Below, piece by piece: positions 62,057-64,000 of a DNA stretch of 64,000 nt. The position numbers and the translations under genes were made by a program. The DNA is from Candidatus Poribacteria bacterium. GTDB lineage: Bacteria > Poribacteria > WGA-4E > JAJDTR01. Below the pieces are notes generated by a model. The model was not told the origin of the DNA. It did not search any database and worked only from the letters and a program-made list of their open reading frames with translations. The stretch lies in the NCBI GenBank assembly GCA_965222225.1, contig CBDCTK010000002.1, positions 1,312,001-1,376,000 on the forward strand, given 5' to 3'. How positions within the stretch are numbered: the first letter of the stretch is position 1; every line of letters starts with the position of its first letter.

Positions 62057-62722
62057 ATGCTCAATTCCGATGAAGTTCAACAGTTTGAAAGAGATAGATT
62101 TTTTGTCAATCGGCGTCTGCTTGATGGGGAGTTGTTAAATCGTATGCGTGATGCATTCGATCAGCTAGATGGCTACCACAATCTGCTCGATCGAGATATG
62201 AATTTTTTGGGGCTTGCCGCAATGCCGACACTATTGGATCCAATAACCGCACCCGCACCTGCTGCAGTTCGATGGTGTTAATCGAACTCCTGGTAGTGGA
62301 GACCAGCGGTGGCATTCGGATTTCAAGTTTCGCTGTAATAAACCCTTGATGCTCAATGTCGGCATTTACCTTGATGAGTTAATCATGGACAACGGGCCGA
62401 TTTGGATCGCACCCGGACCCGACGTAGATGGTATCCCGCTCAATCTTCCCGAAGGTTCGGCGGTCATTTTTGATTGTACCCTCGCCCACAAAGGCGGCGG
62501 CAATAGATTGGACAGTCCGCGCAGAGCAATTTTCCCAATCTACGGATATTACGGGATGAAGCGCTTTGAAACATGGATGCCCATGCGACACTTCAGCGAT
62601 TTCCTGATGCGTCGCCTGAGATGCAGCAACTTCTCGGGATTCAGCTCCATTCCCCAAGCGACTACAGTGGGCACTACGAAACGCGTATTATGCGAAAGAA
62701 CTTAAGCGGCGAGTGGGAATAA
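62057..62722 (+). pseudogene. Degraded PhyH-family dioxygenase
   Basis: Fragments in different frames (F.RD.F; RWHSD..GIYLD..NGP; FDCTLAHKGG; QQLLG); the VPGSH region is deleted. Confidence 0.75.
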
Positions 62723-62814
62723 GTGAACCGGATTACGAATCTTGGAGTTCAAAGGTTTTGGCACAGATGGGCACGGATATCAGATACGCATTTTGTGACG
62801 AGGAGTTTGTGTGA

Positions 62815-64000
62815 ATGAAGAAAGTGTGCATGATCCTGCTTACCCTGTTGTGCTCAAGTATTCTCCTCAGCGTCAATTCGGCCTTTGCAGTGAGTTTCTT
62901 GAAACTCGAACGTGAATTTTCCGGCAAGGGCTCAACAGAGGGAACTTTTAGTGCGAATATTCACGTCGCGTTTAACGCCGAAGGACAGATTTATGTGAGT
63001 GATGCCGACAACCGATTGATACAAAAACTTTCACCTAGCGGTGAATTCCTCATGCAGATTCCCGAGGAACCGCAAGCGGTAGACAATAAGTTGAAGAAGC
63101 CGGGTGACATCGCGATTGATGGAAATGGAAATATCTATGTAGCAGAGACCGCCGCACATCACATTGCTGAAACTGACGACCCAAAGATATATATGTTTGC
63201 GCCGTGTGTCCACAAATTCGACCCGAGTGGAGAATTAATTCACACCTATTTTGTCGATCCGGTCAATGTGCGTCCAAAGCAGGTATTGGTCGCCAGCTTA
63301 ATCGTCGACGAAGAAGGGAAAACGGCGTTTGGCATCAAGCCAGAAGGGCACAATCGAGCACTTCTCATTGCCGTGAATAGTCAGAACCAACTCTTTGTGC
63401 TTGATGCGAAAAGAGGACGAGTTTATAAGTTTAACGCTGCCGGGGAAAAATTGCATGTCTTCGGGCGATACGGCGCGGGAAATGGTGAATTTGATCGTAA
63501 CGCTTCCGACATTGCCGTTGACATACTTGATAACGTATTGATTGCAGATACCGGCAACCATCGCGTGGTCAAGTTCGATTCGGAGGGGCAGTTCATCCTG
63601 AATTTCGGCGTGAAGGGGCGCAACGACGGTCAATTCACGAAGCCCATCGCAATTGCTCCCTTGGTAACGGGCGAAATTCTCGTCAAGGATTCCAGCCAAT
63701 TCAAGCGACATTTGGGTGAATTGCCAAGCGGCGGCGTTTTGAGTCTTATTCCACCAATCGCCGCAGGAATACAAGATACGGTCATTCATTCTGGGAGATC
63801 TCGCTCCGCGCTACTCGGTCAAGGTGTCACGGAACAGTCCAATTTCGATGCCTTGAATCGCCGCATCCGTCTACTGGAAGAGGCAGAGTATAGACGCTAT
63901 TATACCGAATATTTTGACGATAACGAAGGAGGGGATAAGGACGAAAACAAGAAAGAAGAAGATGAGGATTTGAAAGCGGCAACGATTCGAGCCACCATTT
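62815..64000 (+). CDS. Secreted NHL-repeat protein (partial; runs off the window)
   Basis: Signal peptide MKKVCMILLTLL; NHL repeats IYVSDADNRLIQKL, DIAIDGNGNIYVAE and IADTGNHRVVKF. Confidence 0.9.
   Translation, partial: MKKVCMILLTLLCSSILLSVNSAFAVSFLKLEREFSGKGSTEGTFSANIHVAFNAEGQIYVSDADNRLIQKLSPSGEFLMQIPEEPQAVDNKLKKPGDIAIDGNGNIYVAETAAHHIAETDDPKIYMFAPCVHKFDPSGELIHTYFVDPVNVRPKQVLVASLIVDEEGKTAFGIKPEGHNRALLIAVNSQNQLFVLDAKRGRVYKFNAAGEKLHVFGRYGAGNGEFDRNASDIAVDILDNVLIADTGNHRVVKFDSEGQFILNFGVKGRNDGQFTKPIAIAPLVTGEILVKDSSQFKRHLGELPSGGVLSLIPPIAAGIQDTVIHSGRSRSALLGQGVTEQSNFDALNRRIRLLEEAEYRRYYTEYFDDNEGGDKDENKKEEDEDLKAATIRATI

Noticed and set aside
63031-63789. Minus-strand ORFs at the window end
   Set aside because: Antisense to the NHL-repeat gene starting at 62815

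Overview
Bacterial chromosomal window. The gene content (PhyH dioxygenases, FGE-sulfatase proteins, NHL/TPR/FG-GAP proteins, a cohesin-spondin protein ending in an 'AQNFPNPFNPETW' C-terminal domain, dense GTAG-REP repeats) suggests a Candidatus Poribacteria-like sponge symbiont; this is inference. Housekeeping genes include a cold-shock gene, dnaK, clpB, fxsA, uppP, rsmI, ggt, yicC, gmk, coaBC and rsmA. There are two accessory regions. The left one (1-6.6 kb) holds an IS1595 end, a ParB plus ParB-HTH-only gene pair, a Cre-like recombinase and repeat-flanked cargo. The second is a ~12 kb defence island between gmk and coaBC: a type III-like Mod/Res pair enclosing HicB, an IS1595-split DUF262 gene, an HNH nuclease and a membrane protein. 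Highlights missed by the ORF track: (1) a probable selenoprotein, a SnoaL-like domain fused through an in-frame UGA (UxxC) with a SECIS-like hairpin to a thioredoxin-like domain; (2) a shared sigma-54 promoter plus TGCCA-N3-TG(G/A)CA enhancer architecture for the receiver-dnaK operon and clpB, with an IS701-like element between the clpB promoter and gene; (3) an exactly reconstructable GmrSD-like gene split by IS1595; (4) a frameshifted trypsin-TPR gene, a decayed PhyH gene and an NHL gene running off the window end.
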